DNA from: Phoronis australis
Taxonomy: Eukaryota > Animalia > Phoronida
Reading direction: 5' to 3'
Length of the DNA: 64,000 nt
Assembly: GCA_002633005.1 (NCBI GenBank)
Contig: NMRA01000056.1
Span: forward strand, 381,165 to 445,164
The translations under genes were made by a program, and so were the position numbers. Of this stretch, positions 36,084-50,344 are shown in pieces (position 1 is the stretch's first letter; each line of letters opens with the position of its first letter). The notes under the pieces are model-generated. The model was not told the DNA's origin and made no database searches. It was given only the letters and a program-made list of their open reading frames with translations.

Positions 36084-36969
36084 TATGGTCGCGTGGGTAA
36101 GCAAATGTGACGATGTGCTATACTTTGTCCCGTTGCTCCAGGCATGAAACACCGCGAAAAAATATGGAACAGTTGTATTCAACAGTTTTAAAATGACCCA
36201 GGAATGCGTTGGCATTGGTTGACCGAACTAATTGTAAACGTTTATAAACGACTGTATCTGTATATCTCTTCGTTTTTATGACAATGACTCGGTGAACATG
36301 ACCACTGGACGTTACGTCTTAAAATTGTGATGAAGTCAGTCGATTAAAACATTTTCCCGCTTTGAGCTAGAATAATTCTCAAATTTCTAGAATCGTCTCA
36401 AAATCATTGAAGTGTATTTGACAAGAAATAGGCAAATAAGTACCATTGCAATAGTATTTACAGTTCAATTCATTCCATAGATTTTACTGATTATCTGAAA
36501 AACGTTTTGATGTAAATACATGCATAGATGTTTCTTGCAAAGTTGGATAAGAGCTCGAGTAATGTCACGCAGTGTTGTCACTTAAAAGTGAGTTGCCGAT
36601 CTAAAACAGGACTTGGTACAAAAGGAAAGGTTAATAAACGCCACGATGCATTTTACTTACTTCCTAGATTTGTCGTCGAACTGATCACTGCAGGAAAGCA
36701 ACTCTCCGGATGTTTCGTGGTAGCGGTTCCCTGGAGTAAAAATGGGTTAACTATTTTTAAAATTTGGCAACGTTAAATATGTGAAGTGCTTGTTTTTAAT
36801 GAGCTGGTGATTAAGCATAACCGACGCACAACCACCCTTGTTACAATGTGCACGCAATCAGCGACGAGTGTGTTAAATTGGTTTTGGGCGTTGAGATCAT
36901 ACGTTTGAAGAAACTCGATAAACTACATATTACACTTACTAGCACCTCGGGCCTTTAAAGTTGCATACT

Positions 36970-37114
36970 TGTGTGTATGTGTGTGTGTGTGTGTGTGTGC
37001 GCGCGCGCGCGCGCGCGCGCGTGTGTTTGTATCCACGCATGCGTGCGTACATAAACGCTTGTGCGTGCCTGTGTGTGCGTGTGTGTATGGGCGTGTGCGT
37101 GTGCGTGTTTGTGT
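36970..37114. repeat. Compound (TG)n/(CG)n microsatellite
   Basis: alternating purine-pyrimidine tract with a pure (CG)n core. Confidence 0.95.
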
Positions 37115-38138
37115 GGAAATGTATACGTAAGACACAATTATCTACAGCCGGACAGTTGAAAAATCTCTAGTTTTGGTAAAAACACCATGGCATACAGGAT
37201 TGACGTCAACTTTGAAGGATAATGACACTGCTATTTCTGGAAACTTGTTGTAGCATAGCCTGACACTTTGCAAAATCACCCATTCAGGGTCGCCAATGTT
37301 ACACACGGATGGTTTTTCTGAAGTGTTTAGTTATTAAACTTCGCTTCTAAGTGAACTATTTACATTTGCAATCCGGAAGTTCCACCAACTGCGAACACAA
37401 TTTTATGGGAGATTTACACCAGAATCATTAAATTTAGTATACATAAGTTTTGAATTTATGGTGATGCACCGATAAAATGGTCACCACAGTTGCATGGTAT
37501 TGAGCTTCACTTTTTATGAACGAAGACAAATTGACTGTAGGAACGTAAATACATACAGGGATGTAACTTCGAGATGTTCGACCTAATTTAGTGACTTTGT
37601 CTTTCAACTTGTTTTCTCCTCTAGACTCTTGAGAAGGGAAGAGAGTCCTAAACTCTGCTTCTAACCAGTGGTTTCAGTTAAGGATGCTATGTCTCATTAA
37701 AACCGTGAATATTAAATTTGTAGCAAGTGCCACCTAGTGACTTCCTGAAAAACTGTGTGTTCAAGTACAATCAGGGAAAGAAACAATTTGTAAGTAAATT
37801 GGGGTTTTAAAGAAAAAAAACTACTGATACGCTAAAAACAAAGTATTACGCAATCTTTATTAAATAGTGAAATAAACAAATAATAAAAACTGGGCCTTGT
37901 TTCATTAGGATAACGATGAAATTTCACCATAATCATTTACATAAAAATAGTCTCACAAAACGAGATTGTAATGATAACAGGTTTGCGGATGGTTTCCGGC
38001 ACACTGGAGGACCCGGGGTTGTTTGTAAATTAAAACTTCACTTGCATATTCACAATTAAACGAGACTATGCATTTTAGGCACTTGATTAGCCAACTGGAG
38101 TAGACCAATACTGTAAAGTGGGTCGGTAGATTCCAGTG

Positions 38139-38575
38139 ACCGGTTGCATGGAACAGTCCCACATAGGGACTCAGCTAAGTTCCCTAAATCAACTGCGTAT
38201 TTGCGGGCTTGTGATTGTCTTACTTTATGCTGTTTGAGTATCATTGCTATCAATGCCAGTTTTTGGCTTTGATGCAAATTGAGAGTGAACTCTACATTGA
38301 ATTCTCAATATTATTGAAAATAACCAGGGATCTTTTCAAGCAAAGTTCCCACTTTAAAAACTAGCACCCTAATTATTTTGATTGAATTATAGGCTCAGTT
38401 TTCAGTTTTATCATTAGAAAATATCATTAGAAAATATCATTAGTCAAAGAAGAGCTCATAACAAAGATAAAACCATAGAAAATATTAAATCTGTGCCCAA
38501 AGAACGCAACAAATACGAAAAAGATTTAGGGAACTTAGTTGAGTCCCTGTTTGGGTCTGTTTCATGCAACCGGCC
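38139..38575. mobile_element. MITE with ~50-bp TIRs
   Basis: cggttgcatggaacagtccc...gttccctaaatc vs gatttagggaac...catgcaaccg; internal 13-bp tandem tatcattagaaaa. Confidence 0.7.
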
Positions 38576-39199
38576 AAAGGCACCTGCTTCGTAACATATG
38601 ACGTCAGACATAACTTTGGTCTTACACTCCAAAATTTCTGACATAATTCTGTAACTTTTCATGAAAAAGTGCCGAGTACAGGTTAAGATTTCTTTTCTCG
38701 TTTAATCAAATTAAAGCATCAAAACACAATACTTACATAGCAAAAACTGGAGAGCAAAAAAGACAATTGTCTTTGCCAAAAGCATTTTGCCGAGACAAAC
38801 CAACTTCCTCGAGCCGGTTTTGTTGACCTAAAAAGTGAACGGCTATAAATACATGTGTATTTGTTATTTTAATTACGTCGTCACGTCTTTCAAAATCCGA
38901 CCAAAGGTTATCTCCATGCCGGATGTACATTGTTTCTTGCGTTATTGAATTAAATTACACTTAGCGAGAACTTTTTGAAACAATGCTTTCGGGTTTACCT
39001 CGGCAATATGAATCTGTTTCACTCCTAAACTGGCTTGGACAAAAGCCACAGAATTACTGTCTTTACAGACAACAAAGGCATTCTTTCTGATCAAACGTAA
39101 TCATAATTATTTATCTGATGGGTTACCAGTATAAATTTCATGTGAAATATTTGACAAGATGGCGTATCCATTTATGATTCATGGAGCAAAAGTTTAGGT

Positions 39200-39420
39200 G
39201 TCCCAAAGAGTTGAGAAGGTGCACCTGACGTTTTGCAAGAGCTTGCTTGGAGTTGGAAATTATTGTAATAATTGTGCTGGTCTAGGGTAACTAGGACGCT
39301 TTCCACTATTTGTCAAACTCTGTGCTTTAATGCTGTCTCAGAATATCAAAAATGCCAGTCCAGAGTTATCCAAGCCATAATATGTTTGTAATTTTGGATG
39401 AAGCCGAACGTTACACTTTG
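39200..39420 (+). mobile_element. Non-LTR retrotransposon (RTE-X/CR1-like) ORF2 fragment
   Basis: VEKVHLTFCKSLLGV...N.AGLG*LGRFPL post-RT motif. Confidence 0.65.
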
Positions 39421-40883
39421 CAGGGATATACCTATACTGGGCCACTAGCTTTCACATATCTCAGGAACCCAGGCTAAAAGCCAGGAGGCCCAGATTTTTG
39501 AAGGATAGTAGCGATAATTACATGAACTAACAAGATATTGAACAAATGGAGTCGACCCTTAAATATAAACGTGTACCTGATCGACGGCCGTACTTAAACC
39601 TATGTAGTTTCCAACAAACAGAAGAGTTAAAGGAAAATCTACTTAACTTAATAGTAAGTTCGCGGGACCCATGCAGTGAGCGGAGTCACCCCTCAAAACA
39701 TATATTCAATAGTGGCCATTTTTGCTGTTTTCAAACCCTGGTCAACCAAATCCTTCTAGGGATGGTTTTGAAAATTGAAATGTTCTCAGTGTGAAGAGGA
39801 CGGCGACTGATGGCGACTGACTACTGTGGCGCCTCCTAGTGGTAGCTCTATTTTGTTTTGCATCCATAGCTGTATTAAAAGCACACCATTTGCGATGTAT
39901 TAGTGGGCGCATTTCAACGCTCCGCGTTGATCTTGTTTAAAAACTATTTTCTCACTGAGAGTTAATCTCATAAAATTGGCCACGAGGATATATTTCTGCA
40001 TTAGCTAGGTTCATATGCTCGAACTATAACTTAAAGACGGAAGATGGTCGTTACTCACCAATTGACAGACAATGTCGCATAATTATGTAATTTTTGTAGA
40101 CCTGACAAATGTATTGAAAACGAAGAACTCGTATTAGTATGATCAAAACTTGTTTGCACTTTTGCTGAAACGTTCTGTACAACAGGAAGTATAAACCTTG
40201 ATAAATTTGTGTATATCTCATTCAATTTAACAGAATTCATGATAGCGTAGCTTGATAACTGAAAATGTTACTGTATACACCGTGGACCTTGAAGTATTAC
40301 AAAATAAAGATCGACTGAATGACTGGCACTAACCTCGCCTGCAATGCCACTTTAATGAGCAGGGAGATTTAGATATTGATATCGGCATCCATCACATTTG
40401 TTATCTTTTGGCTCTGACTCGCATCCGTGGGCGTGCTTTGAAAGTTGATTAAAACAAACAAGACCTTTGGTATACGAAACTAAGTCAGTTCAAGAAACTT
40501 CCCTGTTTGTCACGTTAAGAAATAGTTTTGAAAATCCTATGGAATTCTAAGAAATTTTGTACACTGTTTGGTCAAGAGATCGATTTTTGGAAGAGCTGAA
40601 ACATCAATCTGTTCGTAGTAAAAAAATGTTCGTATTGAAAGTAGGGGCTCATTCTGATTTAGGTTCCAAACAAAGCCAAGCGAACCTATCTTAATTAAGA
40701 GTTTCCCCACTTTTGAGGCTAGAAATTGAAATATTTGCCTGCGTACTTTTTATGTGAGTAAAGCATTTAAGACGCAGTCCCTATAAAAACCAATAGATTT
40801 TAAAAAGTCAGAAAGTCTATACGTTAAAATTAATAAAAAATCATTTTTGTACATGGACAGGTGTCCTCACAAAAATCTAAATG

Positions 40884-42351
40884 CGAATCACTTACTTTGA
40901 GAATGTGAAATAGTAAATTCATTTAGGAAAAATTAAAGTTAATAATGAAATTTCAAACGAAGAGAATCCCATATGTGTCGGCCCTGTCTCATGCAACAAT
41001 GATATTTTTGGCCAGAACAAACTTCTTAAATGGGAAAGCATTAAAACAAACTATAACTTGAAGGATACGCCTATCATACTATTTTCTTCCACTAGAACGA
41101 CCTTGAAGAATGTTCTAAGTGGTGCGGATAGAAGGACTGTTAGTTGTAATGACACTAGATTTTTATTGTTCAATAATTCCAATTCATGGATTAAAAACAT
41201 ATTTATTCACAAGTTTTCTGTAAAACCAGATAATTATGCGTTTTTACTCAACTATTACGCAGACGACAAAATTAAAGAAATTGATAATCTCCCTTTCAAT
41301 CTACCCATAATCCCTCATTTGAGAATATTTAAATACTTTTTCATCCACAAAAGACTTTATACAAACAAATTATTAAAAATATATGGTATTTCACTGACAG
41401 ACCAATGTCCCTACTGTGGCGAGGTCCAGACTTTTCAGCATCTGTTTTAAAGATGCTTCTAGGTTAAACGTTTCCGGAATTCTTTACATCATTTCAAGAG
41501 TAAAGGTTTTAACTTACACGCTGAGCCATCTATGTACCACTTCTTAGTTTGCTTCTTTGGCAATCTAAGTGAAACCTTCAATACCATATACACTCATGCT
41601 CAACAATATATTTATACATCATCAAGAGATGGGTCTCAACCTTGTTTTGATCAGTTTAGATTTATACTTTTTGACGCAGTGAACCTCATTGTATTTAATG
41701 CCACGGATAAAACTTCAGAACAGAGGAGTGTTTTGCAGGCATCTCTTTAAAATGATTCAAACAATATATGGTGTTATTCTTTAACCACTTCTGTTCTGTA
41801 TTATAAGAAAACTGACCTGTTCACAAATATGCCCCTACGTAAATGTAAACATAAGTTAAGTTAATCAAACCGAGTAAATGTGAGTGTGAATGAGTGTATG
41901 AAAGTCCTCCCCCTTTCAGTTTCCCTCCCCATTTTATAATAATCTCGGCTATTATCCGCCCAATCATTATTAGTTATTTTCCAGATACTTATTTGTTCTA
42001 TTTGTATGACGTATTGTCCTCTAATATGTTGTAAAGATGTGTAGTTGGGGCCATCCAACCCCAGCAGTATATTCTAATCACTAATGATATGCTTTCTGGG
42101 TAAATAAACGTATGCAAAAGTTATTTTTGGCTTTTTTGATAAAAAGGAAAATTTTAATTAAAAGCATTGTTTTATTATTGGTAAACAGTTTATTTATACC
42201 CAAAAGTTCGGATCAATGGTTTAATTTTGAAACTGTTTGGTTTAGTAGTCAAGAGGATTAGGTGTGGAGTATGGGGGTGTGTGTGTATGTGTGTCTGTGT
42301 TGTTCTTGTCTTTTGTGTGATTGTAAATGTGCTCATTGCTAATAAGTGTAT
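40884..42351 (+). mobile_element. 5'-truncated L1/Tx1-like LINE with 13-bp TSD
   Basis: TSD AAAAATCTAAATG at 40871-40883 and 42352-42364; FKYFFIHKRLYTNKLL...CPYCGEVQTFQHLF*RC zf-RVT knuckle. Confidence 0.85.
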
Positions 42352-43088
42352 AAAAATCTAAATGTCACATTTTGTGCACTCAATGACCCCTAATTTGGCC
42401 GCTGGAGCACTAGGCCGCAATTCGTCATATTGACCGTCCCCAAAATTGTATGTTTTCAGCAATGGAAATTAGTAACCTACAAAATCGATTGAAAGTTGTA
42501 CTTTGGTGGATGGAATAACCAATGTATACTGTAAGTAATTATTCGGCATTTACTCAAATTTGACAGCTTTGTACTAGACAGGGGAAATAATCTACATACC
42601 TTTTTTCCTAGCTAATTTTAGGGGCCGTTTTTGTGTCCCTCATATCGCCGTACTGCACCTTGTAGCTTTATGTAACTTTTTGAAAATACAGCTAAAGAGA
42701 AAATCTTGATGACTGAGCAAAAAATATCTTGCTTCAACTTTACATTTAGTGAAAGTTCGGTCTTGAAAAACTGTCTATTTTGGAAACGATGAGCCGAGTT
42801 TACTAACAAATTGAACGAACTTTTGAACAAGAAATTTGCTTTGAATTGCTATACATATCAAGTCTAAGCTCCTTCAAATGAAAACAACTTGTTTTCTGCG
42901 TGTATTACGCTATCCGTATGAAAACTAAATCCGATGACCTTTGTCCAGTGAGTCATTTGACATTATGTTTGAGTATATATAAAAAAACTTGTTCATGTAA
43001 CCCTCTTATTTTCTTCCATTGTTATTTATTTGACAATTTCAGGTGAATTAAATGGAGATCAACCCCTTTGAATTTGGAATTTGTAAGG

Positions 43089-43274
43089 ACTGACTAAAGC
43101 CACAAAGCTTTTATGATCGCACTTGTTTGATGAAAACTCTAAACGAACAGAAATGACCTTCATTCTTCCATTTTACGTTTTTAAAGATAAAATGGAAGAA
43201 TGAAGGTCATTTCTGTTCGTTTAGAGTTTTCATCAAACAAGAGCCATCATAAAAGCTTTGCGGCTTTAGTCAGT
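43089..43274. repeat. Near-perfect palindrome (~87-bp arms, 12-nt loop)
   Basis: 43089-43175 is the reverse complement of 43188-43274. Confidence 0.95.
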
Positions 43275-43551
43275 TACGCTAAAGATACGAACATCTGAGA
43301 TGCTGTAAAGCACCGCATAAATCAAGGCCAGTGGCAGAGTATCAGCTCGTTCTAGCCAGATTAGATCAACTTGAGACTGAGCAGGACCAGTCGTGGAGTC
43401 AAATCGTAAGCGATGTTCATCGAAGACAATTTGGTCCCGGTTTCACCCATGCAGAAAGTGCCTGTACCCTGAAAATCTGAACGAGGGATATGGCGCGACA
43501 TAGGGTAGAGTGAAAATCGGCCATTGGTGTCCTATATCGCGCCACTGGTTG

Positions 43552-43812
43552 CAGTGGCGTAGCGAGCACCACGGCCCTTGCCCCGCGTCGACACGACCTC
43601 AAGTGGTGCTCCCCATTCCCGGTTGGTAGCTGTGTAATCATGGGGGTCTGAGGGGCTATAGTCCCCCACGTTTTTCAGTCCTGCGTCGCCCATGGTAATC
43701 CCCAGTTAACAGGTGCTTGGTGCCCCCCTTGGACGACACCTGTTTAGAACCCACCCCCCTTCGACAGGCGCACGGCAGCATCTGAAACCCCCACCCCCTT
43801 GCTGCGCCACAG
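43552..43812. mobile_element. MITE (CAGTGGCGTAGC...GCTGCGCCACAG) with a nested 56-bp mini-MITE at 43639-43694 (TSD GTAAT)
   Basis: TIRs; nested CATGGG...CCCATG flanked by GTAAT. Confidence 0.7.
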
Positions 43813-45764
43813 AGTCAGGGCACTCGGTATGTTGCTATGAAGACCAGACCGTTGTGTTGAACTGTGTTTACCTAATGTCTGTCATGAACTGTGTCTTTAA
43901 TAAAATCGTCTTTCATGAACTCTTTTCTCTTGACCTTGAATGTATGCCACCTTAACCCGTTAATGTTCTTATTGTCAGAAATATTCAACGTTGGGGAGGC
44001 CGGCGACCGTACAGACTAAAATTCGTAGCAACCTGCAGGGACATTGCAATATGAATGCAAAATTACAATAAGTTTTGACAGAGTTGAAGATTTTGTTTGC
44101 GCTGAGCAGAGGGTCATAACCCTCTTAGAAGCTTCCCTTCCTATGCCAGTGGCTCTCACAATGATTAAAATAAGAAAAACACGAGCAAGGAAGATTCGGC
44201 TGGTTGTAGTCGCGTCCACAGCCTCCGCCGTGTAAACAAACAGCAACTACGTCTATCATTTAGACGAAGCATAACTTTTTCTAATAAACAATAATCATCA
44301 GAGTGGTTTTGAGAGAATGGTAATTAGTAATGCTGTCTGCTTTTTCTCTAAACTACAAGCTTTTTATCTTATTTTTGCAAGCTAATTTTATGTTTCAAGA
44401 CACCTCCTATTGGTGGTTGACGCAACTGAGAACAGGCAAATAGGACGAAGTACCGTTCGTGTAATGCTTTGTAAGAAAAAACTACGGGAGAGGTAAGATT
44501 TTTTATTTTAGATTATGAAGAGGTTGGGAATATCTAAACAAAATATTATAAGGTCAGATTATGGCTGCTATAGAATGCCAAATCTGGCTGAAAATGGCTT
44601 CGGTGAAAACTTGCAAAATAGCCGGTTTTTCCACACAAAATCAAAACATACAAAGTTGTACGTGGATTTTGAAAGTTATGCCATTAAATTATTCACTTAT
44701 AGTCCTTTAAAACCGTATCACTCATTTGTTATCAGCTAGCTATACATGCTAGTAAAATCCATTCACACGTGTCTACTTCGGCGCCCAATTTTGTTACAAA
44801 ATGGAGGTACATGTAGGTTAATTAGATATCATCCGGATTTTCCCCAAAACCATTGGAAAGTCCCACAACTTTAGCCTTGTTCTAGCGATGCTTACACATT
44901 TTTCAGGCAAATTTCATCAAGATGTGACTATGGCTTTTAAGATATCGTGGTCCTCGTGGAGGGATAACCCTAATCACCTCTGATCCTCGAAGATGAAAAC
45001 TCTCACCGCTGTATTTACAAGGACATAAACATTGGGTTTAGCTGTCTAGTCGCAAACTTTATGATTTCGGCCACTGTACTGTTTCCAACTCCATGTTATT
45101 AGTTCCCTGATCGACGTGCCTCTGTTTATGAGAACGGCACTTGCGGGTGAATGAGCAGATTAAATTTGCTTCCAGAGTTCGTGTTAAACCCGTGAAAAAG
45201 AAAACTTGGTTTCTTTGTCGTATCTGTTTGTTAAACATGCAGACCGTTTGCGCGTCCCTACACGCAAAATATGAAAGATCCGGAATTCCACTTCATTACG
45301 GTTGAGCGCAAGCCGAGTAGCTAGAAAGATGGCGAAAGAAACGGACTCGGGGTTTTTGGATAACTAACATTACAATCATTGTAAAAACGATTTGAACTGT
45401 CTTGAAGTGAAAGAAACGAAGTTAAAAATGGGTGCCATAAGCATGCAGCATATTTGCACTTCGAACAAGAACACTACTTTTTCCTCCAGTTGTCTCTAAG
45501 TCATGACTGGCGGACGACTTGTGCCTGGCTTATTTGCAACGTCATAACGCCGCTTAATTTCTGAGCGTGCCTTTTGGGGGATATGAACTTCAGTTTGGAA
45601 GCAAAGATCTGTCTGTATTTCGTACCTACAATAGTCGCCATTTCTGCTCCATCCAACGAATTTTAATTAAAACTGTAAACAGTTGCACAAGTAAAATATA
45701 TTAGTGTAATGCACGCATCATGTTGGTCACACCACTTGAAATAAAATTAACAATGAAAAGATTT

Positions 45765-45835
45765 TTGTCCTGCTCGGATTCGAGTCCGAGACCTTCTGCT
45801 ATCCGTGCAACCACTCTAGTCCACCACTGCCAACT
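45765..45835 (-). pseudogene. tRNA-derived SINE head / tRNA pseudogene
   Basis: A-box-like TGGACTAGAGTGG and B-box-like GACTCGAATCC; no intact cloverleaf. Confidence 0.5.
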
Positions 45836-48800
45836 CCGTATATTTTCAGTGGATGAAATCTGTGATCTTAGGCATAAGCTGTGACGGCACCACTCACTAG
45901 CGACACCTAGCAGATATAGCACGTTTTACTTTCGGCAACGAAGTACGTCGTCTGCTAATCATGTCGTGTGGTCGGGTGCATAGCCAATAGCATTGACAAA
46001 AGTAATTCTAATATTGGAAGACTTGAACGGCGTTTCAATGCCGAAATTGTTTTTTTTTTCGTTGCACTGGACAGTAAAATAGATACAAGAATTTCTCGTT
46101 ACAATACACTAACCGAAGCTGAGTTTTCTATGTTTAAAGGGTGGCGCCTCCTCTAGGACATTACGCAAGAAAGTGTCGGAGTTGCGAATCTGTTGTCTAT
46201 ATAATCTTTGAGTGCACGGAGCTATCGAGACAACCGGTCTTATTCAGAAATCCAAACAGACCTAGTAAATGGCCTCTCACCCGAACTTGGGAGTGTATGT
46301 ATTTGTATTTTTATAAACCAGGATATTGATTTAAACAAGTGTTTATGTTTTTACTCCGTACTAGGTACTGACATATATTCGTGCTCAAATCAAACAAATA
46401 GAAATTAAATTGCCATTTGATAAACGTGTACACACCTATTTCAGTTATTGTCTTTAACGAATACTATTTTCTGGATCTAACTTGAATTAATGACGTCTGA
46501 ACAGAAGAAGTTTCCTATTTTTTTTAAATAGGCTCAAATATTTCTCAAAATTCGTGGTCGAAGAATTCGAAAAACTCCACAGCTTTTGGCAGTCCGACCC
46601 ATACGGTACGATAGTGGGAAATGACGTGCTTGAAGAGCTCCTCGTCGCTTTCAAAACTGGCTTTACTTTTTCGAGCTAGAAGAAAACAAAACTTGGGTCA
46701 AACAGTGAATGAAGTACGCCCATTTTATGTAGATACGAGAGATTTTTAGCAAATCGTTAGCAATACACGATTTTGCAATAAAACGTACACTTACACATTA
46801 ACAAAGTCTTTTCTGGAAAGCAAATAATTTTGCGTCGTTGTTTCGTAGTGCTGGACAGGTACGGACATTGAAGGAGAATTTTGAAAAACTATACGATCTA
46901 ACGCATCTGACGTGTGAGAAACATTCCATCCGTCATCTGTAGTGAAATATCTCATTGCCGTCATGCCGCCCCTCATTTTACTGGAGAACAAATGAATGCA
47001 GCTCTTAAGTACCCCGGGGCAAAATGAAGTGCTCCGCTTACAACACTGAGAGCACGGAAGCGTTTTTCACTTGACCCAATTTTTAAATTCTGGTGTGCTA
47101 CGAAAAGGGGACGAATTGACAGGGAATTAACGATATTTTGAGATGGAAATTTTTATGGGAATCGGTTGGTTATTTCGTCGTGCAAAACTGACAATGAATT
47201 TGACACATAATGATATAAAATACAGAAAAATGCTAAAAACGGTAAAGAATTTTATTGCATAGAACGAGTACTTCCGTAAAAGAGTAGAGATCGCTGCCTA
47301 ACATCTACTTGAGTGCTTACAGTGACGGCATTTTGACGTTTTCGATTCAGTCAAATAAAGTTAAAATGCCAACACTAAAACAATATTAATCAATGTGCAA
47401 CGTTTTAGTAGCGTTTTAACTAATAAGCAATTTGAACATTATTATTGGCATATGGACTTTGCCAATATTAAAAAATGTTGTCGGTGCACACCGATTAATT
47501 AAAAAAAAAACAGACAATTTTGCAAGTTTCAAGTGGCAAGGTGCCATAGCCTTTATGTTTACCTGAATGGGAAAAATCAAAAACCTGCGAATTTTGTAAC
47601 ATTGGTGTGACCTTGCATTTTTTTCTTATTTACTGGTCCAAATCGCAACATATTAGTCTCAGGACATGCCACCATGTCCTTCCTGTATATCGGAAAATGG
47701 CTACGTGTACAACACGAATACTTCGATCTCGCGTGGCCGAGATTGCGTCCCACATGCGCAAGAATTGTTAGTATTCGTTTGCTCAGTGGTGTTGTTTCCG
47801 GCTATAGAATATGAGACTTAGGGTGTTCTTTTTAGTATAAACGAAGTTAATTTAGAACTATTCACACAAAACTTCTTCCAAACAAACTTCAAAAATGTAT
47901 TCTTGGAATGGCCACAAACACTGTCAAATGGTGAATCATCTGCTTGCGATTCCTCAAGCCGACCGTGGGTTCTAGCGCTGCCTAGTTCCTACGCGTAACG
48001 CTATCTAGACGTATTACAATAAATTCGAAAGTTCAGTTTCCTTAAAATATATCCACGGGATATTCACTGTGCAAACTCTTACGGCTAGTCGCGTGAAAGC
48101 TCGGTGTCGCAAGCCCTAACACTATAATGCATGGCATTCCATTTCTCAAGTTCTAAATGAATTTTCAAATCTTCTGGCGCCTTCTCGATTGAAAATGGGG
48201 TGGTTCTGGGCATATACGAGATCACTCATGCACAAGTGGAAATTTTAAGAACTGTTCCTATCACCGTTTTGGAGAACAGTGAATAGAGCATACTATATGA
48301 AATTTTCCAATGAATCTTATTAGATATGATGTATCGAAGTTAGCCAAATTTGGACATTTTGATGGCCTTTACATGCGGTGCTAGAAGCACGTAATAGTAG
48401 CTGAAAAGAACCTCTAATTAAATAAATTGCATCAAGTACATTACCTTCAGTTATGAAGAAATTGGCAAAGTATTGGGATATTCTCACACTGTGTAGATTA
48501 TGCGCAGGATGTATGTCCGGTTGAAAGACGAAGTTGAACTTTTCCGGGTGAAAAGCTAATCCATAGAACGGATAGTTCTTGGCTGAAATAGGAGCGCATC
48601 AAGCGGAAATTAAATGGTGTGACAATGCCAGACGTATGATTGCGTGGAAAGGGTATCATTTATGCTGTTTAGGGTAAATTACATGACATCACTACCAAAC
48701 ATAGTAGTGCACATTCGACATCATTCGTTACTTTGAACCGAGCGAAAGAATTCAACCATCACTTTGTCCACCATGTTGTGGCATAATAGTCCACTCTACA

Positions 48801-50090
48801 CATCTTTCCAGCCTTTTCTTTTCGGTTTCTACACGATAATGCGTCAACTTGAAGTGGCATTGAACGCGAAAAACAAACTAAATTGCATTATTCAAATTCG
48901 TTCTCTGCCACTGAAACAGAAGTCAAACTGTTCACCAGGTGTCTTTACGGTTCATTCGTAAAGATTTTGAATTTGTGTTGATGTCAAAGTATTTTTCCTT
49001 TAGTTTCATATTTCATAAAAAACATCTGTCAGGTACTTGTCACTTCGATGATTTTTCCCTCAAGGCAAACCACGTCTTCTTATTTGGTGTAGCAAGAAAG
49101 ACGCAACATGGCAAATGTGAAACCTTTGACGTAAACAAAACAATGTCGATTTCAAGCAGCAGCCGCAGTCCGACTTGTAGACAGTAGGACATTTTTATAT
49201 GGTCCGGGATAACCTTAAAAAGGCGATACCTTCAATTGATGAAACAAAATCTGTTCCGTTGAGGTCGGTATTTACAGCAGATAAGTAAAAGAAGTCTTTC
49301 AGACTGGAGTTGTAAAAAACCTGAAACAAAGTAACATCATGTTGATAAAGAATTCACGGTACTCCTAGGTAATTCTGATGTAGACCATTATAAAGTAGTC
49401 CAAGCTTGTTCGGTACTAGAAAGGATTCCTAGACTTCCAGTGGGTAGAATAACAGCATCATTCATGTTTGGGGCACAAGTTGACTTGACACGGCGGGCCA
49501 TTTTACGCACTCAAGAGTTTACAAACTGTCATTTCCTCCCATTTCCAGAAATAATTTCAAATCTGAATAAAGGACAAGTTGATACCAACTTCTTAGCGGC
49601 ACGTGATCTAAATAAAAAGTTACAACTGCACATCGCCTGGTATTTTGAGCTCTTAAATGGAGAGCTAAAATCAGCAGTGCATCCACCTAAGTGAGGCAAC
49701 ATATGTTCATGTCACAGACATTCCATACTGAATGTCCACCTTCCAAAAGCTGCCTAGCTCGATTTAAAACGGTTATTTGCCGATTTACTGTTTTTAGCTG
49801 ATGAAATGTCGCGGATTTAATTTTATTCCTCCTTCTAGTCCCATCTGTTGTACTGTGACTTGCATTTGCAATGCAAACGTGGTGAAGGCCAGTTTCCCCG
49901 CTATTGAGATCGCTCTCGAATTTTTTTGAGTCACGATTGAACATAACTCCTAATTTTATCAAAATTAGTGACAGTTGGGTTGCTGGGTTTGGCATTTTGA
50001 GTTTTGTATCAGCGCGAGAGGTCGGCGTAGGCCTTGAAGAGTTATGGTATCGTTGGCCAAATGGGTGAAAGGTACGCACGTAAACAAGGC

Positions 50091-50344
50091 GCGTGAGTTG
50101 ATTCTTGTTAACGGCGTAAATTAGTTAGTAATGGCGTAAATTAATTCTTTACGGCGTAAATCAATTATTTGCGGCGTAAATTAACTAGCGCCATTAAAGT
50201 TAATTTATGCCGCAAATGATTAAGTTACGCAATAAAGAATTAATTTAGGACATAATTATTTAATTTACGTCGTAAAGAATTATTTTAGGAAGTTGGAGTT
50301 AATTTACACCGTTAATAACCAATTTAACAAGAATCACTTTACGC
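50091..50344. mobile_element. Foldback MITE built of ~20-bp GGCGTAAATTAA subrepeats
   Basis: TIR gcgtgagttgattcttgttaa / ttaacaagaatcactttacgc; subrepeats switch orientation near 50190. Confidence 0.75.

Larger units (their letters stand above)
40699..43410 (+). mobile_element. Second Sola3-like copy, interrupted by a LINE
   Basis: TTAA|GAGTTTCCCC terminus; 40782-40883 plus 42352-43410 align with ~29985-31110. Confidence 0.7.

Noticed and set aside
36923-37170. His/Thr/Arg/Cys-Val-rich ORFs
   Set aside because: Dinucleotide microsatellite translations
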